From: Candidatus Omnitrophota bacterium
GTDB taxonomy: Bacteria; Ratteibacteria; UBA8468; B48-G9; JAFGKM01
Assembly (NCBI GenBank): GCA_023819375.1
Contig: JAMWDI010000001.1
Coordinates: forward strand, 107,685-171,684
Direction of reading: 5' to 3'
DNA: 64,000 nt
The notes below the pieces were generated by a model that was not told where the DNA came from, searched no databases, and worked only from the letters and a program-made list of their open reading frames with translations. This document shows, one piece after another, positions 9,034 to 17,735 of this stretch. The stretch's first letter is position 1, and each line of letters begins with the position of its first letter. The position numbers and the translations under genes are program-made.

Positions 9034-9854
9034 CCTTCCTCTAATATTTCTCCCTTTAAACTTATTACAACTTTTTTTATAGGAATTTTCTTACCACTTT
9101 TTTTAACCCCTTCTTCAACTATTTTCAAAAGACCACTGCAACAAGGAACTTCCATTATAGCAACTGTTATTGTATTTATATTGTTATTAGTAACTATTTG
9201 ACTTATTTTTTCTATATATCTATCAATACCTGTATCAAGTTTAGGGCAGGCAATTATAATTGTTTTCCCTTTTATAAAATCATTATGAAAATTACCATAT
9301 GAATATGCGGTGCAGTCAGCAGCAAAAAGCAAATCCACCTTTTTAAAATATGGAGCAGATGGACTTACAAGATGAAGTTGTATTGGCCATTGTTTAAGTT
9401 GAGATTTAATTTCTACATTTGGTTTACTCTCTTCAGTTTCTTCTCTTCTATCAACAATTTTCACTCCGGGACAACATGAAACTTCAAAAATTTCTGATAT
9501 GTCTATCTCAATATTTTTTTCTTTTAATACCTCAAGTGCCTGTTTTAGATATTCTGTTTCACCATGTTCTTTCAAATGTTTTAAATGAGCAATAATCGTA
9601 TTTTTCCCTTTTTTTATTATATTTTCCATTGTCTTTTTCTCATCATACTCTTCTGCTTCTTTTTCAACAATTTTTATTGCACCAACCGGACAACTACCGA
9701 TACAAGCACCAAGTCCATCACAAAATAAATCACTTATAAGTCGTGCTTTTCCATCTATAATCTGTAATGCACCTTCTGGACAATTGGGGATACACTTTCC
9801 ACATCCAGTACATTTTTCCTCATCAATTTCAATAATTTTTCTTTTCATAAACAC
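9024..9854 (-). CDS. 4Fe-4S dicluster ferredoxin-domain protein (putative Hcp redox partner)
   Basis: 276 aa. N-terminal CTGCGKCIPNCP and CDGLGACIGSCP motifs; C-terminal domain with CCPG and CCSG pairs. Immediately downstream of hcp. Confidence 0.55.
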   Translation of the reverse strand: MFMKRKIIEIDEEKCTGCGKCIPNCPEGALQIIDGKARLISDLFCDGLGACIGSCPVGAIKIVEKEAEEYDEKKTMENIIKKGKNTIIAHLKHLKEHGETEYLKQALEVLKEKNIEIDISEIFEVSCCPGVKIVDRREETEESKPNVEIKSQLKQWPIQLHLVSPSAPYFKKVDLLFAADCTAYSYGNFHNDFIKGKTIIIACPKLDTGIDRYIEKISQIVTNNNINTITVAIMEVPCCSGLLKIVEEGVKKSGKKIPIKKVVISLKGEILEEGWL

Positions 9855-9857
9855 CCC

Positions 9858-11162
9858 CTATTTTAAAATTTCCTTTAAATCCTTTTCTGGTTCTTCAACA
9901 AGTTTTAAATTAAATTCACTTACCAAATATTTTAAAATTTCTTCATTTATCCATGCAGGTATAATTGGACCTATTCTAATCCCTTTAATTCCAAGATATA
10001 ATAAAGACCATAAAATCGCTACTGCTTTCTGTTCCATCCACATTAAAAAATAAGAAACAGGTAAATCATTAATATCTTTAACATTAAAAAGTTCTGCCAA
10101 AGAAGAGATTATATCTATTCCAACTATTGCATCATTACACTGGCCTATATCTATAAGTCGTGGTACCCCTTCAATATCACCAAGAGCCAAATCATTAAAT
10201 CTAAATTTTCCACAAGCAAGAGTTATTACAATTGTATCCTTTGGTAATATTTCAACAAGTTTTCTAAAATATTCATTTTTATTTGTAGGACTATCACATC
10301 CTCCAATAACAAAAACTCTTCTTATTTTACCGTTTTCTATCAGTTCCTTTATTTTTTCTTTTGAAGACAAAATTGATGATAAAGAAAAACCAGTTGTTAA
10401 AATAGTATCTCCATTTTTTTCAGGTAAATCAGGTAATGTTTTTGCTTTTTCAATGACCTCTGAAAAATCATATCCAGTTATATGTTTAACTTCTGGAAGT
10501 CCTACAATGCCTGTTGTAAAAATTCTATCTTTATATTCATCTTTTGGAATTAAAACACAATTGGAACTTCCAACAATACAAGCAGGAATTTCTGAAAATA
10601 ATTTTTTCTGGTCATACCATGCCTTTCCCAAATTTCCAATAAGATTATCATATTTTCTTATGCCTGGATATCCATGAGCAGGTAAAAGTTCTGAATGAGT
10701 ATAAACATTTATTCCTTTATCTTTGGATTGTTTTAAAATTTCCTCAAGAACTTTTAAACTATGACCTGTAACTATTATACCTTTCCCTTTTCTTGTTCCT
10801 GTAAATACTTCAACTGACTCTGGTTCTCCATATGTTTCAATATGTGCTTTTTTTAACAATTTCATTGTTTCTATATTTATTTTTCCAATATCAAGGGCAA
10901 GTTTAATAAATTTTTCAGTATCAAAATTCACATTTGTTAATGTTGAATATAAAGTTTCAACAAGAAATTTCTCAAGTTTACTGTTTCTATATCCAAGTTC
11001 AGATGCATGATAAAGATAAGCACTTATACCTTTAAGACCAAAAATTAAATTATCCTGCAATCTTGATAATGTTGGACTTTTACCACATACACCATAATTT
11101 ATACATCCTTTTCCCTGACTTGTTTGACTACACTGATAACAAAACATTTTAAAATCTGCCAT
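9858..11162 (-). CDS. hcp: Hybrid cluster protein (prismane; hydroxylamine reductase)
   Basis: 434 aa. Hallmark N-terminal MFCYQCSQT...GC motif and multiple conserved Cys/His/Glu ligand blocks. GGAGG Shine-Dalgarno upstream. Confidence 0.85.
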   Translation of the reverse strand: MADFKMFCYQCSQTSQGKGCINYGVCGKSPTLSRLQDNLIFGLKGISAYLYHASELGYRNSKLEKFLVETLYSTLTNVNFDTEKFIKLALDIGKINIETMKLLKKAHIETYGEPESVEVFTGTRKGKGIIVTGHSLKVLEEILKQSKDKGINVYTHSELLPAHGYPGIRKYDNLIGNLGKAWYDQKKLFSEIPACIVGSSNCVLIPKDEYKDRIFTTGIVGLPEVKHITGYDFSEVIEKAKTLPDLPEKNGDTILTTGFSLSSILSSKEKIKELIENGKIRRVFVIGGCDSPTNKNEYFRKLVEILPKDTIVITLACGKFRFNDLALGDIEGVPRLIDIGQCNDAIVGIDIISSLAELFNVKDINDLPVSYFLMWMEQKAVAILWSLLYLGIKGIRIGPIIPAWINEEILKYLVSEFNLKLVEEPEKDLKEILK

Positions 11163-11167
11163 ATTTC

Positions 11168-11228
11168 CTCCTTTTATTACTTTTATTATCGTTTTACTAA
11201 TATTACATTAAATTTATTTTTTTGTCAA
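11168..11228 (-). promoter_or_regulatory. Promoter (TTGACA, 17 nt, TAATAT) plus candidate Rrf2-type operator upstream of hcp
   Basis: Minus strand: TTGACA (11228..11223), 17-nt spacer, TAATAT (11205..11200), then TAGTAAAACGATAATAAAAGTAATAAA and GGAGG. The downstream block matches the Rrf2-operon element at 29 of 33 aligned positions. Confidence 0.5.
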
Positions 11229-11239
11229 GTGAATTTTTT

Positions 11240-11782
11240 TCAACATGTAAATAAAATTTTAAAACCAATGAGAATTAAAATTATTCCGGCAAAAAGTTCA
11301 AGTTTATTTCCAAAAAACTTTTTAATTTTCTCTCCAATATAAAAACCAATCAAACAGACAATGAAAGTTGTAAGACCAATTATTAAAGAAGGAGTTAAAA
11401 CCTGTATTTTTAAAAGAGAAAAGGTAAGGCCCACAGCATAAGCATCAAAACTTGTTGCCAAAGAGAGAAAGAATAAAACAGATAATTTTGCAATATCAAT
11501 TGTTTTTTTTAATTTACCCGATTCGTAAATTATTTTTATTCCAATTATAAATAAAATTAAAAAAGCAACAAGATGATCAAACTCAGAAATATATCTCAAA
11601 AATTTTATACCTGTTAAATATCCTAAAATTGGCATAAAAAATTGAGAAAAGCCAAATGAGAAGGATATTTTAAAACTATTAAGAATTTTCCTTTTAGCAA
11701 TTAATGTTCCAGAAATTACAGAAACAGAGAAAGCATCTATAGAAAGAGAAAGACCAATTAAAAAATTTATAAAAATGTTCAT
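11240..11782 (-). CDS. mntP: Manganese efflux pump MntP-like (DUF204 repeat membrane protein)
   Basis: 180 aa, hydrophobic, two DUF204-type repeats (LSIDAFSVSV and ATSFDAYAVG). Confidence 0.6.
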   Translation of the reverse strand: MNIFINFLIGLSLSIDAFSVSVISGTLIAKRKILNSFKISFSFGFSQFFMPILGYLTGIKFLRYISEFDHLVAFLILFIIGIKIIYESGKLKKTIDIAKLSVLFFLSLATSFDAYAVGLTFSLLKIQVLTPSLIIGLTTFIVCLIGFYIGEKIKKFFGNKLELFAGIILILIGFKILFTC

Positions 11783-11784
11783 TT

Positions 11785-12795
11785 GTGATAAAATATTTTA
11801 ATTTAAAATTTAGGAATTTAAAAATGATTTTCATTTTTACTCTTCTTTTTTCTTTTTATATGGGTTGGTCAATGGGGGCAAATGATGCAGCAAATTGTGT
11901 TGGTGCTGATATTGGTTCTGGTGTTATGAAAGTCAGAGAAGGAATAATCATAACAATCTTTTTCTCATTTCTTGGAGCAATTTTACTTGGCTCTAACGTA
12001 ATAAAAACAATAGGTAAAGGTGTTGTTCCTTTAGATATTTTACCTTATGATGTAGCAATTCTAATAAGTTTAACTGCACTATTTGGAGCAAGTACATGGG
12101 TTACAATAGCAACTTATAAAAAAATTCCTGTTTCAACAAGTCATTCAATAGTTGGTGCAGTTGCGGGAGCAGGACTTGCTTTTTCTACACCAATTTATTG
12201 GTATAAAATAGTTCAAATTGTAATATGTTGGATTTTAACACCAGTTGGTTCAGCAATAATTTCTTTTCTGATTTTCCCGATTATTAAATTTATTTTTAGT
12301 CTAAAACCTGTTAAAAAAATTGAAAAACAACTTGTAATTATTTTTATTTATCTTACAAGTGCTTATCTGGCTTTTTCTTGGGGGGCAAATGATGTTGCCA
12401 ATGCAACAGGAGTCTTGATTGGAACAGGTAGAATTACTCCAAAACTTGCAAGTTTAATTGGAGCAATTGCTATAGCAATAGGAGTTTCAACTTGGGGATA
12501 TAAAGTAATAGAAACAGTTGGTTTTAATATTATAAGATTATCACCCTTAATGACAATCGCAGCAGAAATTGGTTCTTCTTTAAATGTTCATCTTTATACA
12601 CATCTTGGTATCCCAGTTTCAACCTCTCATTCAATTGTTGGTGCAATATGGGGAATAGGTTTATATCAGGGTATAAAAGCAATAAATTTGAAGATAGCAA
12701 AAGAAATTATTTTGACATGGGCTATAACACCTTTGTTTTCAGGTATAATATCTTATGTGGTCACAAAATTAATTTTAATTTTTATAGGAGGTTAA
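11785..12795 (+). CDS. Inorganic phosphate transporter, PiT family
   Basis: 336 aa. Duplicated PHO4 signature GANDAAN / GANDVANATG, polytopic membrane protein. True start may be a downstream Met (about 11824). Confidence 0.8.
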   Translation: MIKYFNLKFRNLKMIFIFTLLFSFYMGWSMGANDAANCVGADIGSGVMKVREGIIITIFFSFLGAILLGSNVIKTIGKGVVPLDILPYDVAILISLTALFGASTWVTIATYKKIPVSTSHSIVGAVAGAGLAFSTPIYWYKIVQIVICWILTPVGSAIISFLIFPIIKFIFSLKPVKKIEKQLVIIFIYLTSAYLAFSWGANDVANATGVLIGTGRITPKLASLIGAIAIAIGVSTWGYKVIETVGFNIIRLSPLMTIAAEIGSSLNVHLYTHLGIPVSTSHSIVGAIWGIGLYQGIKAINLKIAKEIILTWAITPLFSGIISYVVTKLILIFIGG

Positions 12796-12797
12796 AA

Positions 12798-13466
12798 ATG
12801 GAAAAAACAAGAAATATTTTATTCTGGCTTGGACAAAAAGAGGAAAGAGAAATACTCAATGATGAACTTAAACATGTTGAAATATCTTTAAAATGTGTAG
12901 AAGAAATGAAAAATGCGGTTGAATGCTTTGTTAAAGGGAAAATAGAGGAAAAGAATACACATATAGCAAATGTAAAAAATTTTGAACATCTGGGAGATGA
13001 TATAAGAAAAAAAATTACACTTGAATTGTCAAAGGGCTTACTTTTTCCTCCGGATAGAGAAGACCTCTTAATTTTAAATGAAGGACTAAATGATATTGCT
13101 GATGGGGCAAAGGGAATTGCAAGATTACTTGAATTTTTTGAGGAAAAAATAACAGAAGATATGGGAAATTCTTTACTTTCATTTTCTATAATTACATTGA
13201 AAGCAGGAGAAAAACTCAAAGATGCAATTGATTCATTAATAAAAAATGATATTCAGAAATTACTTGAAGATTGTGCTAATATTGAAACACTTGAAGAAGA
13301 GGGAGATGACAGAAGACGAGAACTTATCAGAGAATTAATTAAAGAAAATTTATCTGCTCCAAAAGCAATTCTCCTTTATGAAATTATTGATACTATGGAA
13401 AATTTGACAGATAGTATAAAAAAAGCAGGTGATTTGGTTAGAATCTTAGGTATAAAATCAAAATGA
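12798..13466 (+). CDS. DUF47/PhoU-like phosphate transport regulator (Pit accessory protein)
   Basis: Track ORF 12648..13466; I place the start at ATG 12798 (MEKTRNILFWLG), 3 nt after the pit stop. Helical bundle with DUF47-like blocks; typical partner of PiT. Confidence 0.65.
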   Translation: MEKTRNILFWLGQKEEREILNDELKHVEISLKCVEEMKNAVECFVKGKIEEKNTHIANVKNFEHLGDDIRKKITLELSKGLLFPPDREDLLILNEGLNDIADGAKGIARLLEFFEEKITEDMGNSLLSFSIITLKAGEKLKDAIDSLIKNDIQKLLEDCANIETLEEEGDDRRRELIRELIKENLSAPKAILLYEIIDTMENLTDSIKKAGDLVRILGIKSK

Positions 13467-14314
13467 ATTCTTTTAATCCAGAAAGTTATAAAAAGAAAAT
13501 TTACAAAATAATTTCAAAATATAAACTAGTTCAAGAAAATGACAAAATCTTCATAGGGCTTTCCGGAGGAAAAGATAGTGGTTGTGCATGTTTTGTTTTA
13601 TCTGAATATATTAGAGAAAAAAAATTGAAATGTGAGTTAGTTGCTTTTTATATTAAACTTGGAGATTTTATACCTGAGAGAGTAATTGAAACAATTAAAA
13701 AACAAACTGAAGTAGCACAAATTCCTTTAAAAATTTATGATATTAAGGATTTTGGAATATCCTATAAAAAAATAGGAACACTTAATAGACCTATATGTAG
13801 TAGTTGTGGAACAATTAAAAGGTATCTCATGAATAAAATAGCAAGAGAAGAAGGTGCCACAAAATTATGTACAGGACATCATGGAGATGATTTTATTGTT
13901 TTTTTTATGAAAAATATTCTTGGAAAAAATATTGAATGGATCTCAAAATTTACTCCATTACTTGAAGGAAAAGGAAAACAACTTACAAGAATAAGGCCAT
14001 TATTTTTTGGCAATGGAGAAGATAATAAAAACTTCTGTGATTTTATAAATTTCCCTTATATTCAAGAAGATGTTTGTCCTCATTTTTTCCTGAAACAAAA
14101 AATTGATAAAAGAAGAGAAAAATGGTATGAAGTCATAAGAGAAATATCAAAATGGCAACCAAATTTTAGAGAATATTTTTTAGAAGGAATTATAGAAATT
14201 GCAAAAATTTTATCTTTAAATCAGAAAGAACCCTTGGAATGTAAAATATGTGGAGAACCAACGAATAAAGAAATATGCTCTTTTTGCAGGTTATTAAAAT
14301 TTCATAAAGATTAA
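13463..14314 (+). CDS. PP-loop ATPase of the TtcA/TtuA (tRNA thiolation) type
   Basis: 283 aa. SGGKDS PP-loop, CSSCG and GHHGDD motifs, C-terminal CxxC...CxxC zinc finger. ATGA overlap with the DUF47 gene. Confidence 0.55.
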   Translation: MNSFNPESYKKKIYKIISKYKLVQENDKIFIGLSGGKDSGCACFVLSEYIREKKLKCELVAFYIKLGDFIPERVIETIKKQTEVAQIPLKIYDIKDFGISYKKIGTLNRPICSSCGTIKRYLMNKIAREEGATKLCTGHHGDDFIVFFMKNILGKNIEWISKFTPLLEGKGKQLTRIRPLFFGNGEDNKNFCDFINFPYIQEDVCPHFFLKQKIDKRREKWYEVIREISKWQPNFREYFLEGIIEIAKILSLNQKEPLECKICGEPTNKEICSFCRLLKFHKD

Positions 14315-14367
14315 TTTTTGTCAAGTCTTTTGAAATTGTTGTAAATTAATGCAATATTAAAATTTTT

Positions 14368-14396
14368 TTATTAATTAAGTAATAAAATGATATAAT
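14368..14396 (+). promoter_or_regulatory. Extended -10 promoter (TGaTATAAT) for the subtilisin gene
   Basis: TG at 14388-14389 and TATAAT at 14391-14396, weak -35 TTATTA, strong AGGGGG Shine-Dalgarno before the ATG at 14421. Confidence 0.4.
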
Positions 14397-14420
14397 ATTA
14401 AAGTTTAAAAAGGGGGTAAA

Positions 14421-16415
14421 ATGAAAAAAATAAAAGATTTAATTTTCTTTAGTTTCTGGATTTTTATTTTGCTTTTCCTTGGAAATTTAAATGGTTCTGA
14501 TACTTGGATTCCTGTAAAAGGAAAAGATTTATTTGTTCCAGGAGAATTTATTGTACAATATCGCCCAGAAAAAACATCTTTAACTGAAATTAAAAGTTTT
14601 TTTATTTCCAAAAATTTAGAGATAAAAAAGGTAGGAGTATATGCTCCAATAGTTGTATGTAAAGGAAGAAATTTAGAAGAGGTCAAATCTAAATTACTTC
14701 CAAATCCAAATATTGTAAGTATAGAACCTAATTACATAGCATATTTACCAGAACCATGTTACTCTGGAGAACTTAAACAAAATGAAAATATTGAAATTTT
14801 AACTCAAACATCTGATTCGCTTTTATCATATCAGTGGGGATATTATAAAATATGGGCACACTTAACAAAAGATGTCCCTTCTAATGCTCCTACCATTGCC
14901 ATTTTAGATACAGGTGTCTGGTATGACCATCCTGATTTAAAAGGTAAAGTTATAAAAGGACCAGATTTTGTAAATGGAGACAATGACCCTCTTGATGACC
15001 ATGGACATGGAACTCATGTTGCAGGAATTGCTGCTGCTATATCAAATAATGGAATAGGAATTGCTGGAATTTCACCAAAAAGTAAAATTTATGCTGTAAA
15101 AGTTATAACTGCCCAAGGATGGGCAACATATGCAGATATTGTTGATGGTATTTATCATGTTTCAAATAGGTCTGATGTCAAAATTATTAATATGAGTTTC
15201 GGAGGGCCACATTCACAGATTCTTGAAAATATGATAAATTATGCATTCAGTAAAGGAAAAATATTAGTTGCAGCAGCAGGTAATGAAAATACTTCAATTC
15301 CTTCTTATCCTGCAGGTTATGACTGTGTAATTGCTGTTGCTGCTTCCGACGAATATGATTGGAAGGCAGATTTTTCAAATTATGGCAACTGGGTTGATAT
15401 TGCTGCTCCTGGTGTAGATATAATTTCAACAGTCCCTGGATATATTTATGGAATAGATTATGGAATTTGGGATGGAACTTCAATGGCTGCACCTTTTGTT
15501 TCAGGTGCCTGTGCAAGAATTCTTGCTCAATATCCAAATCTTACAAATATTCAAGTTGAACAAATATTAAAAAATAATGGAGATAATTTACCTCCGTTAA
15601 GATGGCCAGAAGGAACCAATTTCAAACGATTAAATCTTTATAAATCTCTGAGTGGAACTTCAAGTCCAGATGCTTCTGTAAGTGCTTATATTACAGATGC
15701 AATAACAGGACTTCCTCTTGTGGGAGCAAAATTCAGTGCCTATTTAGGGAATACACTGGTTGCTTATGATTACGTACCAGTTGAAGGATATTCTTTTTTT
15801 GTTATAGAAGATTTGGTTGAAACAGGAAATTATATTTTTAAAATTACAAAACCGAAATATGCTAACTTTCAAACTCCACCTAAAAATTTATCTTATGGAA
15901 GTAATTATTTAGGAATAATTCCTGTTCCACCTTCAACAGGAGGCTGGCAACTTGTTATATCTTGGGATATGACAGAAGAACTACCAGATTTTGATTTATA
16001 CTTATGGTTGCCTTCCTCTCAACCATACATTGTTGGACCAGAATTTCCAGGAAGTACCCGTTTCTTCCCTTGGGCAAGATATAATAGAGATTCTGCTCTT
16101 GATTATATACCTGTGGAATCAATAAGTGTCAAAAAAACTCTTCAAGGTACTTATACTATTGCTGTTTACAATACAGAAGGGGGAAATAATTTTAAAATTT
16201 CTAATATGCGTGCATTTATTTATTACAATAATAGTTTGAAATATATTATTGAAGCACAAAATGGTTTTGGAAATGGCACAGAAGATTGGTGGGTTATAGG
16301 TAGTTTTTCAGGTAGTACCTTTATACCTTTTAATTATTTTACAAATGAATGGCCAGGCCCTTATAATTTGAAACATAAATTCTCAATACAGAAAAAAGAA
16401 AAAATTATAAAATAG
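14421..16415 (+). CDS. Secreted subtilisin-like serine protease (peptidase S8) with C-terminal extension
   Basis: 664 aa. N-terminal signal peptide; catalytic triad motifs AILDTGV (Asp), HGTHVAG (His), GTSMAAP (Ser); about 250 aa of additional C-terminal domain. Confidence 0.9.
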   Translation: MKKIKDLIFFSFWIFILLFLGNLNGSDTWIPVKGKDLFVPGEFIVQYRPEKTSLTEIKSFFISKNLEIKKVGVYAPIVVCKGRNLEEVKSKLLPNPNIVSIEPNYIAYLPEPCYSGELKQNENIEILTQTSDSLLSYQWGYYKIWAHLTKDVPSNAPTIAILDTGVWYDHPDLKGKVIKGPDFVNGDNDPLDDHGHGTHVAGIAAAISNNGIGIAGISPKSKIYAVKVITAQGWATYADIVDGIYHVSNRSDVKIINMSFGGPHSQILENMINYAFSKGKILVAAAGNENTSIPSYPAGYDCVIAVAASDEYDWKADFSNYGNWVDIAAPGVDIISTVPGYIYGIDYGIWDGTSMAAPFVSGACARILAQYPNLTNIQVEQILKNNGDNLPPLRWPEGTNFKRLNLYKSLSGTSSPDASVSAYITDAITGLPLVGAKFSAYLGNTLVAYDYVPVEGYSFFVIEDLVETGNYIFKITKPKYANFQTPPKNLSYGSNYLGIIPVPPSTGGWQLVISWDMTEELPDFDLYLWLPSSQPYIVGPEFPGSTRFFPWARYNRDSALDYIPVESISVKKTLQGTYTIAVYNTEGGNNFKISNMRAFIYYNNSLKYIIEAQNGFGNGTEDWWVIGSFSGSTFIPFNYFTNEWPGPYNLKHKFSIQKKEKIIK

Positions 16416-16424
16416 TTTTGAAAT

Positions 16425-17630
16425 TTAAGAAGTTATTTTATATTTTTTCAAAACACCTATTTCTGGTAATTTCCCAACAAGTGGTTTTGCATATTCAATA
16501 AATTTTTCAGTTACCCAGTTCCCTTCTACATTTATGAACTCATCTGGCATACTCCTTGTCTCTTTTGCAACACTTTCAAGAGGAACAAGTTCATAATAAA
16601 CTTTATATTTTTTCCCTTTTTCTCTTTTTATTGAAACAGAACCACTTTCATATTTTCCAACTGCATATTTCACTGCAAGTTCACCAACTTTATATGCTTC
16701 TTTTACATCAACCTCTGAATAAATTCCTGGAAAAGATCTCTGTAAATATCCAAATGTATCTGCTCTAACTCTACTTATTTTAAGTTCTCTCCTAACCAAA
16801 TCAGCAAGCAAGTCACCTAAAGCACCTGTTCCACTTAATTGAATATTTCCATGAGAATCAACTTCTTTTGTAAATTTTGCAACAATAGGTTCACCCTTTT
16901 CATCTGCAATACCTTCTGAAACAGCAACGAGACATCTTCCATATTTTTTATAAACTTCATCAACATCCTTTAAAAATTTCTCAACAATAAAGGGTCTTTC
17001 TGGAAAATAGATTAAATGAGGAGCATCATCCTCATAAATTTTTGCCAATGCACTCGCAGCAGTTAAAAATCCTGCGTGTCTTCCCATAATAACATCTATT
17101 TTAACGCCTGGAAGTGATTTGTTATCAAGATTATCGCCAATTATAGCCATAGCAACAAATTTTGCTGCAGAGCCATATCCTGGTGTATGGTCATTTTCCT
17201 TTAAATCATTATCAATTGTTTTAGGAATATGAAAACATTTAAATTCATAACCAACCTTTTTTGCATTTTCATTTAAAATATAAGCAGTTTCTGCTGAATC
17301 ATTTCCACCGATATAGAAAAAGTATCTTATATTATATTTCTGCATATTTTTAAAAATTTCTTCACACTCCTCTTCAGTAGGTTTTTTTCTTACACTTCCA
17401 AGAGCAGCACAAGGAGTATATGCAACCTTTCTCAAATCAGAAATCCTTTCTTTTCTTAAATCAATAATATCTCCCTGCAAAATGCCTTTTATTCCAAACA
17501 ATGAACCATAAATTCCCTCTATTTCTTTATGTTTTTTTGCTTCTAAAATTGCTCCAACTAAACTCTGATTTATCACAACAGTTGGTCCTCCACTTTGTGC
17601 TATTAACATATTTCCTTTCAATTTAGCCAT
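16425..17630 (-). CDS. pfp: 6-phosphofructokinase, probably pyrophosphate-dependent type
   Basis: 401 aa PFK fold (GGPTVVIN, PKTIDNDL, MGRHAGF). GGNDS in place of the ATP-type GGDGS suggests PPi dependence. Confidence 0.75.
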   Translation of the reverse strand: MAKLKGNMLIAQSGGPTVVINQSLVGAILEAKKHKEIEGIYGSLFGIKGILQGDIIDLRKERISDLRKVAYTPCAALGSVRKKPTEEECEEIFKNMQKYNIRYFFYIGGNDSAETAYILNENAKKVGYEFKCFHIPKTIDNDLKENDHTPGYGSAAKFVAMAIIGDNLDNKSLPGVKIDVIMGRHAGFLTAASALAKIYEDDAPHLIYFPERPFIVEKFLKDVDEVYKKYGRCLVAVSEGIADEKGEPIVAKFTKEVDSHGNIQLSGTGALGDLLADLVRRELKISRVRADTFGYLQRSFPGIYSEVDVKEAYKVGELAVKYAVGKYESGSVSIKREKGKKYKVYYELVPLESVAKETRSMPDEFINVEGNWVTEKFIEYAKPLVGKLPEIGVLKKYKITS

Positions 17631-17652
17631 TAAAAACCTCCTTTTAATAAAA

Positions 17653-17681
17653 ATTATAACATAAACTGCAGAAAAATTGAA
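17653..17681 (-). promoter_or_regulatory. Putative promoter for the phosphofructokinase gene
   Basis: Minus strand: TTCAAT (17681..17676), 17-nt spacer, TATAAT (17658..17653), then AAGGAGG Shine-Dalgarno before the ATG at 17630. The -35 lies in the first copy of the tandem repeat. Confidence 0.4.
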
Positions 17682-17716
17682 AGTTTTCTTTAAAAAATTG
17701 AAAGTTTTCTTTAAAA
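17675..17716. repeat. Perfect 2 x 21-bp tandem direct repeat (AATTGAAAGTTTTCTTTAAAA), each unit a near-palindrome
   Basis: Read directly: 17675-17695 and 17696-17716 are identical. Each unit is TTGAAAG-TTTT-CTTTAAA, with the arms matching as an inverted repeat at 6 of 7 positions. In the PFK/GGDEF divergent intergenic region. Confidence 0.8.
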
Positions 17717-17726
17717 GAGGTATTAT
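17698..17726 (+). promoter_or_regulatory. Promoter for the GGDEF gene (TTGAAA, 17 nt, TATTAT); near-leaderless
   Basis: TTGAAA at 17698-17703 (inside the second repeat copy), TATTAT at 17721-17726, ATG at 17736, so a predicted leader of only a few nt and no Shine-Dalgarno. Confidence 0.4.
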
Positions 17727-17735
17727 ATCTTTTAA

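Noticed and set aside
12782-13219. 145-aa minus-strand ORF inside the DUF47 gene
   Set aside because: Antisense to a supported gene, Ser/Phe-rich low-complexity translation, no Shine-Dalgarno.
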